Positions 1-8,453 of a stretch of 26,247 nucleotides of DNA are shown here, in pieces. Positions within the stretch are counted from its first letter, which is position 1; each line of letters opens with the position of its first letter. The stretch is from positions 1 to 26,247 of the IMG/VR virus record IMGVR_UViG_3300009172_000887; one strand, written 5' to 3'. The translations under genes and the position numbers were made by a program. The notes under the pieces are model-generated. The model was not told where the DNA came from. It saw nothing but the letters and a program-made list of their open reading frames with translations, and did no database searches. The DNA comes from a virus. Its lineage: Duplodnaviria; Caudoviricetes.

Positions 1-2
1 AG

Positions 3-287
3 CGAGATGCTATCTCTTCAAAAACTTCTGTTAACCAAGCAAAGAGCAAGGTAACAGAGGCTCATAAGTCAATAAAATCAGGACCAAATTGGTCTTGGTA
101 TGTCTCTGCGAAACCAGAAGTTTCTGTTTGGGACATCAATGTATCAGGAGAAAAGATAAAGGGTATTTGGGACAGTGATAAAGAGTACATTACTTGGCGT
201 GTACAATCTAACATTGCACCAAAATTTGAATTACATCATCATTTTGTTATGGGAAGAATTATCAAAGCGGATGATAGTGGAGAGTAA
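3..287 (+). CDS. 5'-truncated hypothetical phage protein (head/neck region)
   Basis: Frame 3 is open from the window edge (RDAISSKTSV...GRIIKADDSGE) to TAA at 285-287. It is absent from the ORF track because its start lies outside the window. The next ATG is at 290. Confidence 0.7.
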   Translation, partial: RDAISSKTSVNQAKSKVTEAHKSIKSGPNWSWYVSAKPEVSVWDINVSGEKIKGIWDSDKEYITWRVQSNIAPKFELHHHFVMGRIIKADDSGE

Positions 288-289
288 TC

Positions 290-937
290 ATGTCTAATTA
301 CAGTTCTGTCACAACTAAGGCTTTAAAAGAATACGAAGATATGGCGAAGCCTACGGGCGAACCGACCAATCAAGATGCCAACTCTCAGAACCGACCCGGT
401 CCTGTTGACCTTAGAGATGGAATTAACAAACGCAAGATAGACGAAGCCACTAAAAAAACTATTGAATACCTAGACCAAAACGTAGACAGCAGGAATAGAT
501 ATTCTGGGACTAACCCCCATCTTGGAGACCCGTTCTCGGCTCTCCAAACACTATCACAACAAGCACTAAGGCGTTATGGAGACATGCACCCCGGCGCAGT
601 AGACGGGGAAGTCATTATGATGTTCGTAGAGTTTGCCAATATGATTATTGAAGACTTACGTTCTCATCCATATTGGGACAACATAGAGATTGATTACTAT
701 ACACACCCCACTGAAAGTAGAGCAATCCCAGACAGTATAATGGTTTCGGGATTACTGTATAACTATTCGGTACAACAGCAGAGTAATAAAGTTGAAGCTT
801 ACGGACCAATGTACTTCAGAACTATGAACAGGATTTTATATAATCGTAAAATGGGTAACGCAAAGATTGAGATGTCTCCGATTGACAGAGGAGAAGGAAA
901 CAAGAAGGCTAACCGTGCTTACGATACTTCGAGGTAG
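290..937 (+). CDS. Putative head-tail adaptor / tail tubular protein A-like (P22 gp4 / T7 gp11 position)
   Basis: 215 aa with GGAG upstream. Helical segment 'ALRRYG...EFANMIIEDLRSHPYW...IPDSIMVSGLLYNY' resembles podovirus adaptors. Sits directly upstream of the nozzle gene. Function is inferred from pattern and synteny. Confidence 0.55.
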   Translation: MSNYSSVTTKALKEYEDMAKPTGEPTNQDANSQNRPGPVDLRDGINKRKIDEATKKTIEYLDQNVDSRNRYSGTNPHLGDPFSALQTLSQQALRRYGDMHPGAVDGEVIMMFVEFANMIIEDLRSHPYWDNIEIDYYTHPTESRAIPDSIMVSGLLYNYSVQQQSNKVEAYGPMYFRTMNRILYNRKMGNAKIEMSPIDRGEGNKKANRAYDTSR

Positions 938-940
938 ACA

Positions 941-2437
941 ATGTCAACAGCATACGCACCATCTGGCGTTAAGGTAAAAGTTTATCCTTACGAAGATTTT
1001 CAAGGAATTGATGCTTCAAGGGACAAAGCCGCACTAGACACTGGTCAGAAACAACACATGATAGAAATATCCAATGGCTTTGCCGATTGGCGAGGCTCTA
1101 TTGTGCGTGATGCGGGTGCGAAGCAAAGGACTTCAGGAGACAGACGAATAAAGCACACGACCTTTTATGGGCGTGATAGAATTGTTTGGTGTCAGGTAGA
1201 CGGAGGAGGATTAACTCTAAAGTCAGACGAAGACCACATAGTAGAAGAGGTGTACCCTCGAATAAACACTGTGGCTTCCTGTATGTTTAACAACCAAGTT
1301 ATATTTTTTAGTAGAGACCAGATACCCTACAGGTATGATGGGCAACGGTTCTTTCCTATAGAGCCAAGGTCGCAACCAAAAGCTGCGTTTGGTGTAGCAA
1401 TTCAGAGACGACTAGCTGTAGCAGGTGCTCCAGACAAAAGAACCACGATTGATATTACTCGTGTTGATGAATTTAATATATTTCCCGCAGACGAGGATGT
1501 GTCTTCTACATCTGTACTAAAAGCCGCAGACATAGACATATCAAATATTATTGGTACTGCCGATGAGATAAAAGGCTTGGGTGCTTTCGAGAATAACAGG
1601 TTAGCTGTTTTCACTAATGACCAGACGCTTGTCTACACACTACACCCAGACTACACACAATGGTCGATTGATGATAAAGCCAACATTAAAGTTGGTTGTA
1701 TTAGCCATAACACTATTTCTAATGCAGGTTCGGACTTAATGTTCTGCTCAAGGGATGGCGTTCACTCTCTTAGACGTTCAGATACTAACGGTATCACTAT
1801 CTTTTCTATACCTATGTCGAATAAAATCGACTTAACATACAGGGCTTTAGTCAAACAGGTAGCTAATCCAGAAGAAATGAGTGCTTTCTTTGACCAAGAC
1901 GAAGGTCAATACCATGTATTCTTTCCTATTTCTGAGCTATTGTGTACTAGACTTACACTAACTCTTAACCCTATGTCGGGTGGAGAAAGTAAATGGTCAA
2001 CAGGAACATTTCTAAATGCCATGAATGGTGTTCAATTAGGAGGGGTAACTCTTTTAGGAACTCCCGGTGGTGTTTGGGAGAGAGCAAGAATTGAAGACGT
2101 AACAGATTTTAGCCCAGAGATGGTAGTGACCACACCTATATTGTGGCAGGGTGCTATTAACGATGTGAAAGAAAGTTATTCGTTTATATTACAGGCAACA
2201 GGTCGAGGAGAATTACAGGTAGAAGCCTTTGATGAAAGAGGAAGGTACTTGTCTGCTATGCAATTTTTAATAGAAGAGGACGGTGCGGACGACAAATTCC
2301 CCGATGTTCCGCTATCAAGACAGTACGAGCGTAAATTCGAACACAGATATAGAGGTGTTCAGTTTCGCTTTACTACAAGAGGCAAAGGGTTATTGAAGAT
2401 AATTGGCTTTGCTGTAACAGTAAGGACAGGTGCATAA
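941..2437 (+). CDS. Putative tail nozzle / stabilisation protein (P22 gp10 / tail tubular protein B-like)
   Basis: 498 aa of short beta-strand repeats. 'VGCISHNTISNAGSDLMFCSRDGVHSL' and C-terminal 'YRGVQFRFT' resemble gp10-like nozzles. GAGG RBS; TAATG overlap with the next gene. Confidence 0.7.
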   Translation: MSTAYAPSGVKVKVYPYEDFQGIDASRDKAALDTGQKQHMIEISNGFADWRGSIVRDAGAKQRTSGDRRIKHTTFYGRDRIVWCQVDGGGLTLKSDEDHIVEEVYPRINTVASCMFNNQVIFFSRDQIPYRYDGQRFFPIEPRSQPKAAFGVAIQRRLAVAGAPDKRTTIDITRVDEFNIFPADEDVSSTSVLKAADIDISNIIGTADEIKGLGAFENNRLAVFTNDQTLVYTLHPDYTQWSIDDKANIKVGCISHNTISNAGSDLMFCSRDGVHSLRRSDTNGITIFSIPMSNKIDLTYRALVKQVANPEEMSAFFDQDEGQYHVFFPISELLCTRLTLTLNPMSGGESKWSTGTFLNAMNGVQLGGVTLLGTPGGVWERARIEDVTDFSPEMVVTTPILWQGAINDVKESYSFILQATGRGELQVEAFDERGRYLSAMQFLIEEDGADDKFPDVPLSRQYERKFEHRYRGVQFRFTTRGKGLLKIIGFAVTVRTGA

Positions 2438-4293
2438 TGGCTAGACTAAGACAACAACATCCGCAGAACTATGTATCTAGCGGAAACATACATACAGATT
2501 TCGAAAACGTAATCCGATATCTCAATGCCGCAGAACTTGGAGACAAGACTGTAGGCGAACTTCTGGGCGTACTCTTTAACGAGAGTGGTGTCTTTAGAGG
2601 TCCAGTTGAGATGAGGGTCGATAGTACAAACGGTTTGGAATACCGTGTTGGAACGTACTCAGCGGCAGACGATGGGTGGGTAACACTTGTCACTCTTGCT
2701 TCTTTGAGAGGTCCATCAGGTTCTAACGTAGGTACTGTAGAAGGTCCGTTCTTCTTTAACAGGCAAGATATTGAGATAGCCACAGGAGCGGGTGCTACAT
2801 TTACAATCACTAACGCAGGAACAGGTTACACTTCAGCACCGACTGTAACCTTTTCTAGCCCACAAGCTACAGGCGGAACTATCGGCACAGCCACAGCAAC
2901 AGTTGGAGTGGATAGTACAGACAGTGCAACCTATCAAAAAGTTACAGCGATTACATTAACAAGTGCGGGTAGCGGATATACGACTGCCCCAACACTATCT
3001 ATAGCCGCACCAACAACAGGTACGACAGCGACAGCAACAGTTGGATTAGCCGCACTAGCGTCTACTGCAAATGTTTTGTCTTACACATTTGATGAGAACA
3101 CAGAAGATGTGGTTGTTTACAAGAACGGTATTCTTTTAGCGGAAGCAACTTCTGCGTCTGCATCAGAATATGCTTCTTCTACCTCGGCTAATACTATAAC
3201 TGTAGCAAGTGCTACTGGTGTAGCTGTAGGAGATAAAATTAGTATCTACAGTGTTCGTGCTCAATCAGTAACAAACTTTAGACGTTCAGACACAGAGATA
3301 ACAGCCTCTACCAATACCACTGCTTTTGTTCACTCATCAGATGAAACATTACTCGTCTGGCGTAACGGTGTTCTACAAGAAAGTGGAGGTGGTGCTGACT
3401 ATATTGCTTCTCACTCAACAGCTACTATAACCTTCAATACCTCTTTGGCATCTGGAGATAAGGTAACTGTTCTTACAGTAGAGAACCAAGCACAGAAAAC
3501 CATTGCGGGATTAATGTTCGAAGACGAATATACAAATGCTAGTGGCTTTATTAACTTTGCGAAACTGAACATTGATAACAACGAAATACCACAATCTAAA
3601 GTATCTCTGTTATCCACAAGTTTGGCAGCCAAAGCTAATATTGTTTCACAGTCCAGTACACCTCCTTCAAATATAACAGGAGATTTATGGTTAGATACTT
3701 CTCAAGTTCCTAACATCCTTAAATTTTATGATGGTACTCAATTCTTAGAAACATCTCCAGAAAGTTCATTACCTACATTCGTTGCTACAAACGCATCGCA
3801 GTATGTTCGTGTGAACGGAACTGGTACGGCACTTGAATATGGAGCACTAGACCTTTCGTCTGTTGTTCCTAAAACATTTCGTGGTGCTACAAACGGAGTT
3901 GCTTCCCTAGACAGTGCAGCAAAGATACCTACATCACAGTTGCCAGAGATTTTTGGTACGCAGACATTGTCATTTTTCAATGTTTGGGAGGATGCTTCTG
4001 TAACAGTTAGCAACAAAACATACTTTGTAGGAAAGGTTTGGAAACACAAACTAAGACTAGATGGTATTACACACAAATTAGCCGCAGGTACTTGTACAAT
4101 TCAATTATCATTAGACGGTGCAACCATTGGTAGCTCGTTCTCTGTCTCTACAAGTTCAGCATCAGTTAATATGCCAACCACTATTGAAATAGACGGTACT
4201 GCTACTGGCAGACGACTAGAGTTGGTAGTGACAAACGCATCTGGTGCTAACAGTTTAGAGGTCGGAATAGCTGCGGCAACACTATCGGTCTAG
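2437..4293 (+). CDS. Tail fibre / tail appendage protein
   Basis: 618 aa, rich in Thr/Ser/Ala/Gly. Two 'AG(T/S)GYT(S/T)APT' repeats and two 'V(Y/W)(K/R)NG(I/V)L' repeats. Also 'GDLWLDTS...LKFYDG' and 'GATNGVASLDSAAKIPTSQLP', motifs common in phage fibres. Confidence 0.75.
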   Translation: MARLRQQHPQNYVSSGNIHTDFENVIRYLNAAELGDKTVGELLGVLFNESGVFRGPVEMRVDSTNGLEYRVGTYSAADDGWVTLVTLASLRGPSGSNVGTVEGPFFFNRQDIEIATGAGATFTITNAGTGYTSAPTVTFSSPQATGGTIGTATATVGVDSTDSATYQKVTAITLTSAGSGYTTAPTLSIAAPTTGTTATATVGLAALASTANVLSYTFDENTEDVVVYKNGILLAEATSASASEYASSTSANTITVASATGVAVGDKISIYSVRAQSVTNFRRSDTEITASTNTTAFVHSSDETLLVWRNGVLQESGGGADYIASHSTATITFNTSLASGDKVTVLTVENQAQKTIAGLMFEDEYTNASGFINFAKLNIDNNEIPQSKVSLLSTSLAAKANIVSQSSTPPSNITGDLWLDTSQVPNILKFYDGTQFLETSPESSLPTFVATNASQYVRVNGTGTALEYGALDLSSVVPKTFRGATNGVASLDSAAKIPTSQLPEIFGTQTLSFFNVWEDASVTVSNKTYFVGKVWKHKLRLDGITHKLAAGTCTIQLSLDGATIGSSFSVSTSSASVNMPTTIEIDGTATGRRLELVVTNASGANSLEVGIAAATLSV

Positions 4294-4302
4294 GAGTAAA
4301 GT

Positions 4303-5508
4303 ATGTCTTTTGCAAATCAGCTAGATAGATTAGGAAGCTTTGATGCTTCTGATATATCAGAGAGCCAAGAGTTTCAACAAGATGCTGTAAACGACACAGT
4401 ATCAGCAAAGCTTGAAAAGGGCGAAATCGTAATCAATAAAAAGATTTACGAAGACCCTGACATGCAACCAGTTTTAGAAGCTCTATTTGCTAAGATGATA
4501 GAAAAGGGTCAGAACCCATTATCAACTATTGCAGGTATGCCAGACCTTGCAGACGACATGGGTGGTCAGTACGACCCAATGGCTGTTGGACAAGTTGGTA
4601 GCGATGGAAACCCTCAACAGTTTTTCTTTAAATCAATTTGGAAAGCTATTAAGAAAATAGCTAAGAACCCAATCGTAAGAACAGCAATAACTATAGGGGC
4701 AACCGCTATTGGCGGACCTGCTGTAGGTGCGGCTGTATCTGGAACAATGACAAAAGCCGCAGGTGGTTCTTGGGGTCAAGCTCTAGGAAGTGCCGCAGGA
4801 ACATATATTGGTAGCTCTATCGGTGGAGGTACAACTGCCGCAGGTGCGAAGCCTAGCTTCGGGGCTATGGGTTCAACAACAACTGCCGCAGGTTTATCTA
4901 CTGGAACTGCCAACACAATAGGTAGTCAATTAGCTTCGTCTGCATCGGGTAGCGGAATGTTCTCAGGTCTTTCTGGTGCTCTTCAAACTGGAATTTCATC
5001 ACTTCCTTCAAGTATAGGCACTGCCATTGGCTCTGCTAACGTAGGCTCAATGATTGGGTCTAATGTTGGTGGAATGGTTGGAACTATGGCGGGTGGATAT
5101 ATAGACCCTCCTGCAATCCCAGACAGCATGATGATAAATTCAGGCGGAAGAAATCTAAACCCTAACTCTTCAATCCCCACATACGCATCCAACTTAAATC
5201 TTGGTTTAGGTGCTCAAGCTGCGAACTCTTTGTATGCAAATAGCAATCTCGGACCCGTTAATCAAATGGGCTACTACGGAGGTGGTCCTTCTGGAGCACC
5301 AATGATGTATGGAGATACTGGTGGTGGCGGATTTAGCAAAGGATTACCGTCAGGAGTTAGCTATGTACGAAGCTTGCTTGACAGGCAGGGTAACAAGCAA
5401 GACGTTAATGTAGGAACATTTGGCTCAAGCGTGGACAGAGATGACAGACGATTTAGTCTGTCGGCTTTTGGTAACAACGCTAGTGGTCAAGGGGTTTTAT
5501 ATTACTAA
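4303..5508 (+). CDS. Putative internal virion / DNA ejection protein, Gly-rich
   Basis: 401 aa with AGGAG RBS. Acidic N-terminus containing 'DTVSAKLEKGEIVIN', then a cationic amphipathic helix and a long Gly/Ser/Ala-rich, nearly uncharged region. Confidence 0.55.
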   Translation: MSFANQLDRLGSFDASDISESQEFQQDAVNDTVSAKLEKGEIVINKKIYEDPDMQPVLEALFAKMIEKGQNPLSTIAGMPDLADDMGGQYDPMAVGQVGSDGNPQQFFFKSIWKAIKKIAKNPIVRTAITIGATAIGGPAVGAAVSGTMTKAAGGSWGQALGSAAGTYIGSSIGGGTTAAGAKPSFGAMGSTTTAAGLSTGTANTIGSQLASSASGSGMFSGLSGALQTGISSLPSSIGTAIGSANVGSMIGSNVGGMVGTMAGGYIDPPAIPDSMMINSGGRNLNPNSSIPTYASNLNLGLGAQAANSLYANSNLGPVNQMGYYGGGPSGAPMMYGDTGGGGFSKGLPSGVSYVRSLLDRQGNKQDVNVGTFGSSVDRDDRRFSLSAFGNNASGQGVLYY

Positions 5509-5509
5509 A

Positions 5510-5950
5510 ATGATAAGGGATGCGACCTATGAAGATATTGAAATACTTTTACCATTGGCTAAAGAAATGCACAGGACAAGTCCTGTCTACTCAAGTATGC
5601 CTTTTAATGAAGAAAAAGTTCGTCAGTATTCTAGAAACTATAGTAAGAAAAGCCACACCTATTTCAGAGTTTATGAAAAAGATGGGAAGCCTGTTGCTTT
5701 CTTTTTGGGCTATGTTCAAAACTATTTTTTTAACTACGAAGTCTTGGGTCAGCAAGAAACTCTCTACACTGATGGAAAAAATCCTATGGTTGGCATCCGC
5801 TTGTCCAAGGATTTTGAAATTTGGTGCAAAGAACAAGGGGCAATAGAAGTGAACTACGGTATTACACATTCTCACACACCAAGGCATACGTCTTTTATGT
5901 CCCGTCTTGGCTACGAGATTGTAGGTACTGTCTACAGTAAGAGGTTGTAA
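5510..5950 (+). CDS. GNAT-fold acyl/acetyltransferase-like protein in the virion module
   Basis: ATG at 5510 follows the upstream stop and gives 146 aa. 'MIRDATYEDI...VYEKDGKPVAFFLG...GIRLSKDFEIWCKEQGA...SRLGYEIVG' matches the GNAT pattern. TAATG overlap with the next gene. Confidence 0.8.
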   Translation: MIRDATYEDIEILLPLAKEMHRTSPVYSSMPFNEEKVRQYSRNYSKKSHTYFRVYEKDGKPVAFFLGYVQNYFFNYEVLGQQETLYTDGKNPMVGIRLSKDFEIWCKEQGAIEVNYGITHSHTPRHTSFMSRLGYEIVGTVYSKRL

Positions 5951-6714
5951 TGGGATTTGGTGGCGGAGATAGTAGCGGAGATAGTGCTCCAGAAAAAGAA
6001 TATGACAACACCAACTATCAAAAGGGTGCTGTTACCGTTGAGACGTTAGCGCCTGCATTTCAAGGTCCGACACAGGTTGTCTCGCCAACAGTCACTAAGT
6101 CTTTAGACGAAAGCAAGTTAGATGACCAAGGTAACAGCCAAGACGACCCCGGTTTCTTTTCGTCTATAGGTAATGCTATATCAAGCTTAGTCAGTGGTGC
6201 AGTAAAAGCCGCACCGGGCATTGCGGCAAATGTAGGAGCTTTTGCTTTAGGCGGTCCTGTTGGTGTTATGGGATTGAATGCGGCTAGAGGAGTTATAGGG
6301 CAAGTAGCCCCAGACAATCCATTAGGTCAATCTATGCCAGAAACTATTACAGGTATGATTGCACCCAATATGAGCAGTGTTGGAAAGAGCATTGGTATGT
6401 CTATGTTGGGGGCGGCAGGTAGCGGTAAATATAGTGACACTCCACAGAATTCTAATACCGTTAGTGGTACAATGAACAACATCGGGTCCACAGTTAACAC
6501 CCAAATGGACAATATTTCCGACACATTTGGCATGGGTAAAGACGAAAAGTCCAATACTGGGACATTTGGCTCGTCTATAAGTGGCGGAGTAGGGACGAAT
6601 TCAGGTAACAAAGGTGGTACGTTAAGTAACAGTACCATTGCCGGTACAGGAAATAACGGCATGGGAATTAATTTCAACGGTCAAGCCAAAGGTTTTGGCA
6701 AAGGCTTTTACTAA
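5950..6714 (+). CDS. Putative internal virion / ejection protein, Gly/Ser-rich
   Basis: 254 aa starting MGFGGG. Central hydrophobic Gly/Ala stretch 'IAANVGAFALGGPVGVMGL'. Translationally coupled to the GNAT gene. Confidence 0.5.
   Translation: MGFGGGDSSGDSAPEKEYDNTNYQKGAVTVETLAPAFQGPTQVVSPTVTKSLDESKLDDQGNSQDDPGFFSSIGNAISSLVSGAVKAAPGIAANVGAFALGGPVGVMGLNAARGVIGQVAPDNPLGQSMPETITGMIAPNMSSVGKSIGMSMLGAAGSGKYSDTPQNSNTVSGTMNNIGSTVNTQMDNISDTFGMGKDEKSNTGTFGSSISGGVGTNSGNKGGTLSNSTIAGTGNNGMGINFNGQAKGFGKGFY
6592..6625 (+). promoter_or_regulatory. Candidate phage promoter, copy 1 (GGGACGA-N15-GTGGTACGTTAA)
   Basis: Same two boxes and same spacing as 11034-11067. Lies about 100 nt upstream of ATG 6727. Confidence 0.55.
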
Positions 6715-6726
6715 GGAGTATAGATT

Positions 6727-7503
6727 ATGGGCGGAGGCGGAGGCGGAGGCGGCGGAGGCGGCGCACCACAACAACAACCAGTGCAGATGGTGGAATACAC
6801 CGATGCTATGGGAAATAAACAAACAGTTGAAGAAAGTGCTTATGGTTCGTCTATGGGTCTTAACCCTTTAACTGCGGGTACTAATTGGGCTTCCATTCTC
6901 GCTAACCCCGAAGAAGCTAAGAAATATTTAGGTATGGGCGGAGCAGGAGAGATGCTCTATCCCGGTGGTAAAAAGCCAACGCAACAGGTTATGACAAGTT
7001 TTCTTGGAACAGACCCTACGTCTGGCAAGCAAGCCGTTCAAGACCCGACTGACAGACGAGGAAGTTTAGGTCGTGGTTCTCCATTAGATGCAATGGAAGG
7101 AAGTGTTTCTCCTGATGGACAGGTGGCTCTTCAAGATGTTGGAGAAGATAGTTTTGGTGGAGAAGTAGGAACAGGCTTACAGGGATTTGGTGCTCGTGCT
7201 TTATTAGCAGGAGAAGGTAACGTAGAGACGACTTTAGGTCCGGCAGGAACTCCAGAACAAGGAGGTATTCCTACGGAGATTGCCAACTCTGATTTACAGC
7301 AAGACCCTAACATGCCAGTTGTTACTCCTACGCAAAGTGTTGTTCCAGATGTTAATTACATCGTTCCAACAAAAGAAAAGTCAGAGCAGATGATGGCATT
7401 TTCGCCCAATGACCCTAACGCAGCGTATGTTGCGAGAGGACCAGTATCGTCTTCACTGAGGAATAGACGTACAGGTTGGGGCAGTAATATATTCCCAGTA
7501 TAG
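6727..7503 (+). CDS. Putative internal virion protein with N-terminal poly-Gly
   Basis: 258 aa with AAGGAG RBS. Starts M-G11-APQQQP; rich in Gly/Pro/Gln and probably largely disordered. Confidence 0.55.
   Translation: MGGGGGGGGGGGAPQQQPVQMVEYTDAMGNKQTVEESAYGSSMGLNPLTAGTNWASILANPEEAKKYLGMGGAGEMLYPGGKKPTQQVMTSFLGTDPTSGKQAVQDPTDRRGSLGRGSPLDAMEGSVSPDGQVALQDVGEDSFGGEVGTGLQGFGARALLAGEGNVETTLGPAGTPEQGGIPTEIANSDLQQDPNMPVVTPTQSVVPDVNYIVPTKEKSEQMMAFSPNDPNAAYVARGPVSSSLRNRRTGWGSNIFPV
6730..6762 (+). repeat. (GGC/GGA)11 codon repeat encoding poly-Gly
   Basis: ggcggaggcggaggcggaggcggcggaggcggc directly after the ATG at 6727. Confidence 0.9.
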
Positions 7504-7517
7504 AAGGAGATTAGATT

Positions 7518-8450
7518 ATGGGTTGGGGCAGTTTTTTAGGAAGTGTTGGCATGGAAATGGGTGCAGGTCCGTGGGCAGGTATTGCCGGTGCGGGTATGGA
7601 CTTAGTGGCAGGTCAGAACGCCAAAGATATGAACAGAGCAAGCGGAGTTCAATTCCAGAACGCCATGCTTGAAAATGCTAATGCTCAAACTAATTTAGCA
7701 TATCAAAAAAATGCAGACCGCATCTCATTAAGAAACAAATTACTTCAGCAATCCGCTGACCTGAAAGCCGCTAACGACCAAGTATCACAATACTTAGGTC
7801 TTCCATATACACCAACTCAAACTGACCTAGTAAATGATACTATGGCTCGAAGCCAACTTTACACAGACAATGTATTAAAACTAGCAACTCTAGACCAGAG
7901 CAAGACAGAGGCTAACCTTATATCAAGGCTAGGCGGTGGAGATAGTGGCGTAGCTAGACAAGACATTAATAGAGGCATTGTAGACAAGTACGCACCACAG
8001 CTAAACAAAGCCATGTTTGATGCAGAAGCAGATACTATAGCTTCAGCTAAGAGCAGAATGGCATTAGACACAACCGCTCGTGGAAACTTTAACGACTTCT
8101 ATGGAACACCTATACAGAATGAATTTGATAGGACATTCAAACTTTACGAACCTAACGTATCAATGCCAACCAACCCATATGGCGACTTGTACAAAGCCGC
8201 TTCGGCAGGTGCTCAAGGTGCTGATGGCGATATAGCAAAGGCTTTAGCAAGTATGCAGAAGATGCTTACCACAAAAACTGATGGTAACGAATTGTCTGCG
8301 GGACAATCTTTAGGACAATCTTTAGGGATTTACACTCCACCTGTTAAGGGAACTGTTACGGGAAGTGCAGGTAATTCAACAGTATCGAACCAACCAAGAA
8401 CAGGTATGTATGGCGAGATATACTACCCTGATGGAAAAGTGGGGATTTAA
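7518..8450 (+). CDS. Putative DNA ejection protein (P22 gp7 / T7 gp14-like architecture)
   Basis: 310 aa with AAGGAG RBS. Gly-rich hydrophobic N-terminus (MGWGSFLGSVG...AGIAGAG) followed by a Gln/Asn/Ala-rich helical region. Confidence 0.55.
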   Translation: MGWGSFLGSVGMEMGAGPWAGIAGAGMDLVAGQNAKDMNRASGVQFQNAMLENANAQTNLAYQKNADRISLRNKLLQQSADLKAANDQVSQYLGLPYTPTQTDLVNDTMARSQLYTDNVLKLATLDQSKTEANLISRLGGGDSGVARQDINRGIVDKYAPQLNKAMFDAEADTIASAKSRMALDTTARGNFNDFYGTPIQNEFDRTFKLYEPNVSMPTNPYGDLYKAASAGAQGADGDIAKALASMQKMLTTKTDGNELSAGQSLGQSLGIYTPPVKGTVTGSAGNSTVSNQPRTGMYGEIYYPDGKVGI

Positions 8451-8453
8451 AAA

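Noticed and set aside
2286-2320. Further GGACGA copies as promoters (2287 and 23253; others inside the giant gene)
   Set aside because: The downstream box is missing or shifted by 1 nt, and GACGA arises readily from Asp-Asp/Asp-Glu codons.
5420-5509. TTG start for the GNAT ORF given in the track
   Set aside because: It overlaps the upstream gene by 89 nt. ATG 5510 follows the upstream stop and gives a typical GNAT N-terminus (MIRDAT).
8301-8326. 12-bp tandem repeat (GQSLGQSLG), and a 15-bp direct repeat at 4831/4879
   Set aside because: In-frame duplications in low-complexity protein regions. No array, att-site or CRISPR structure.
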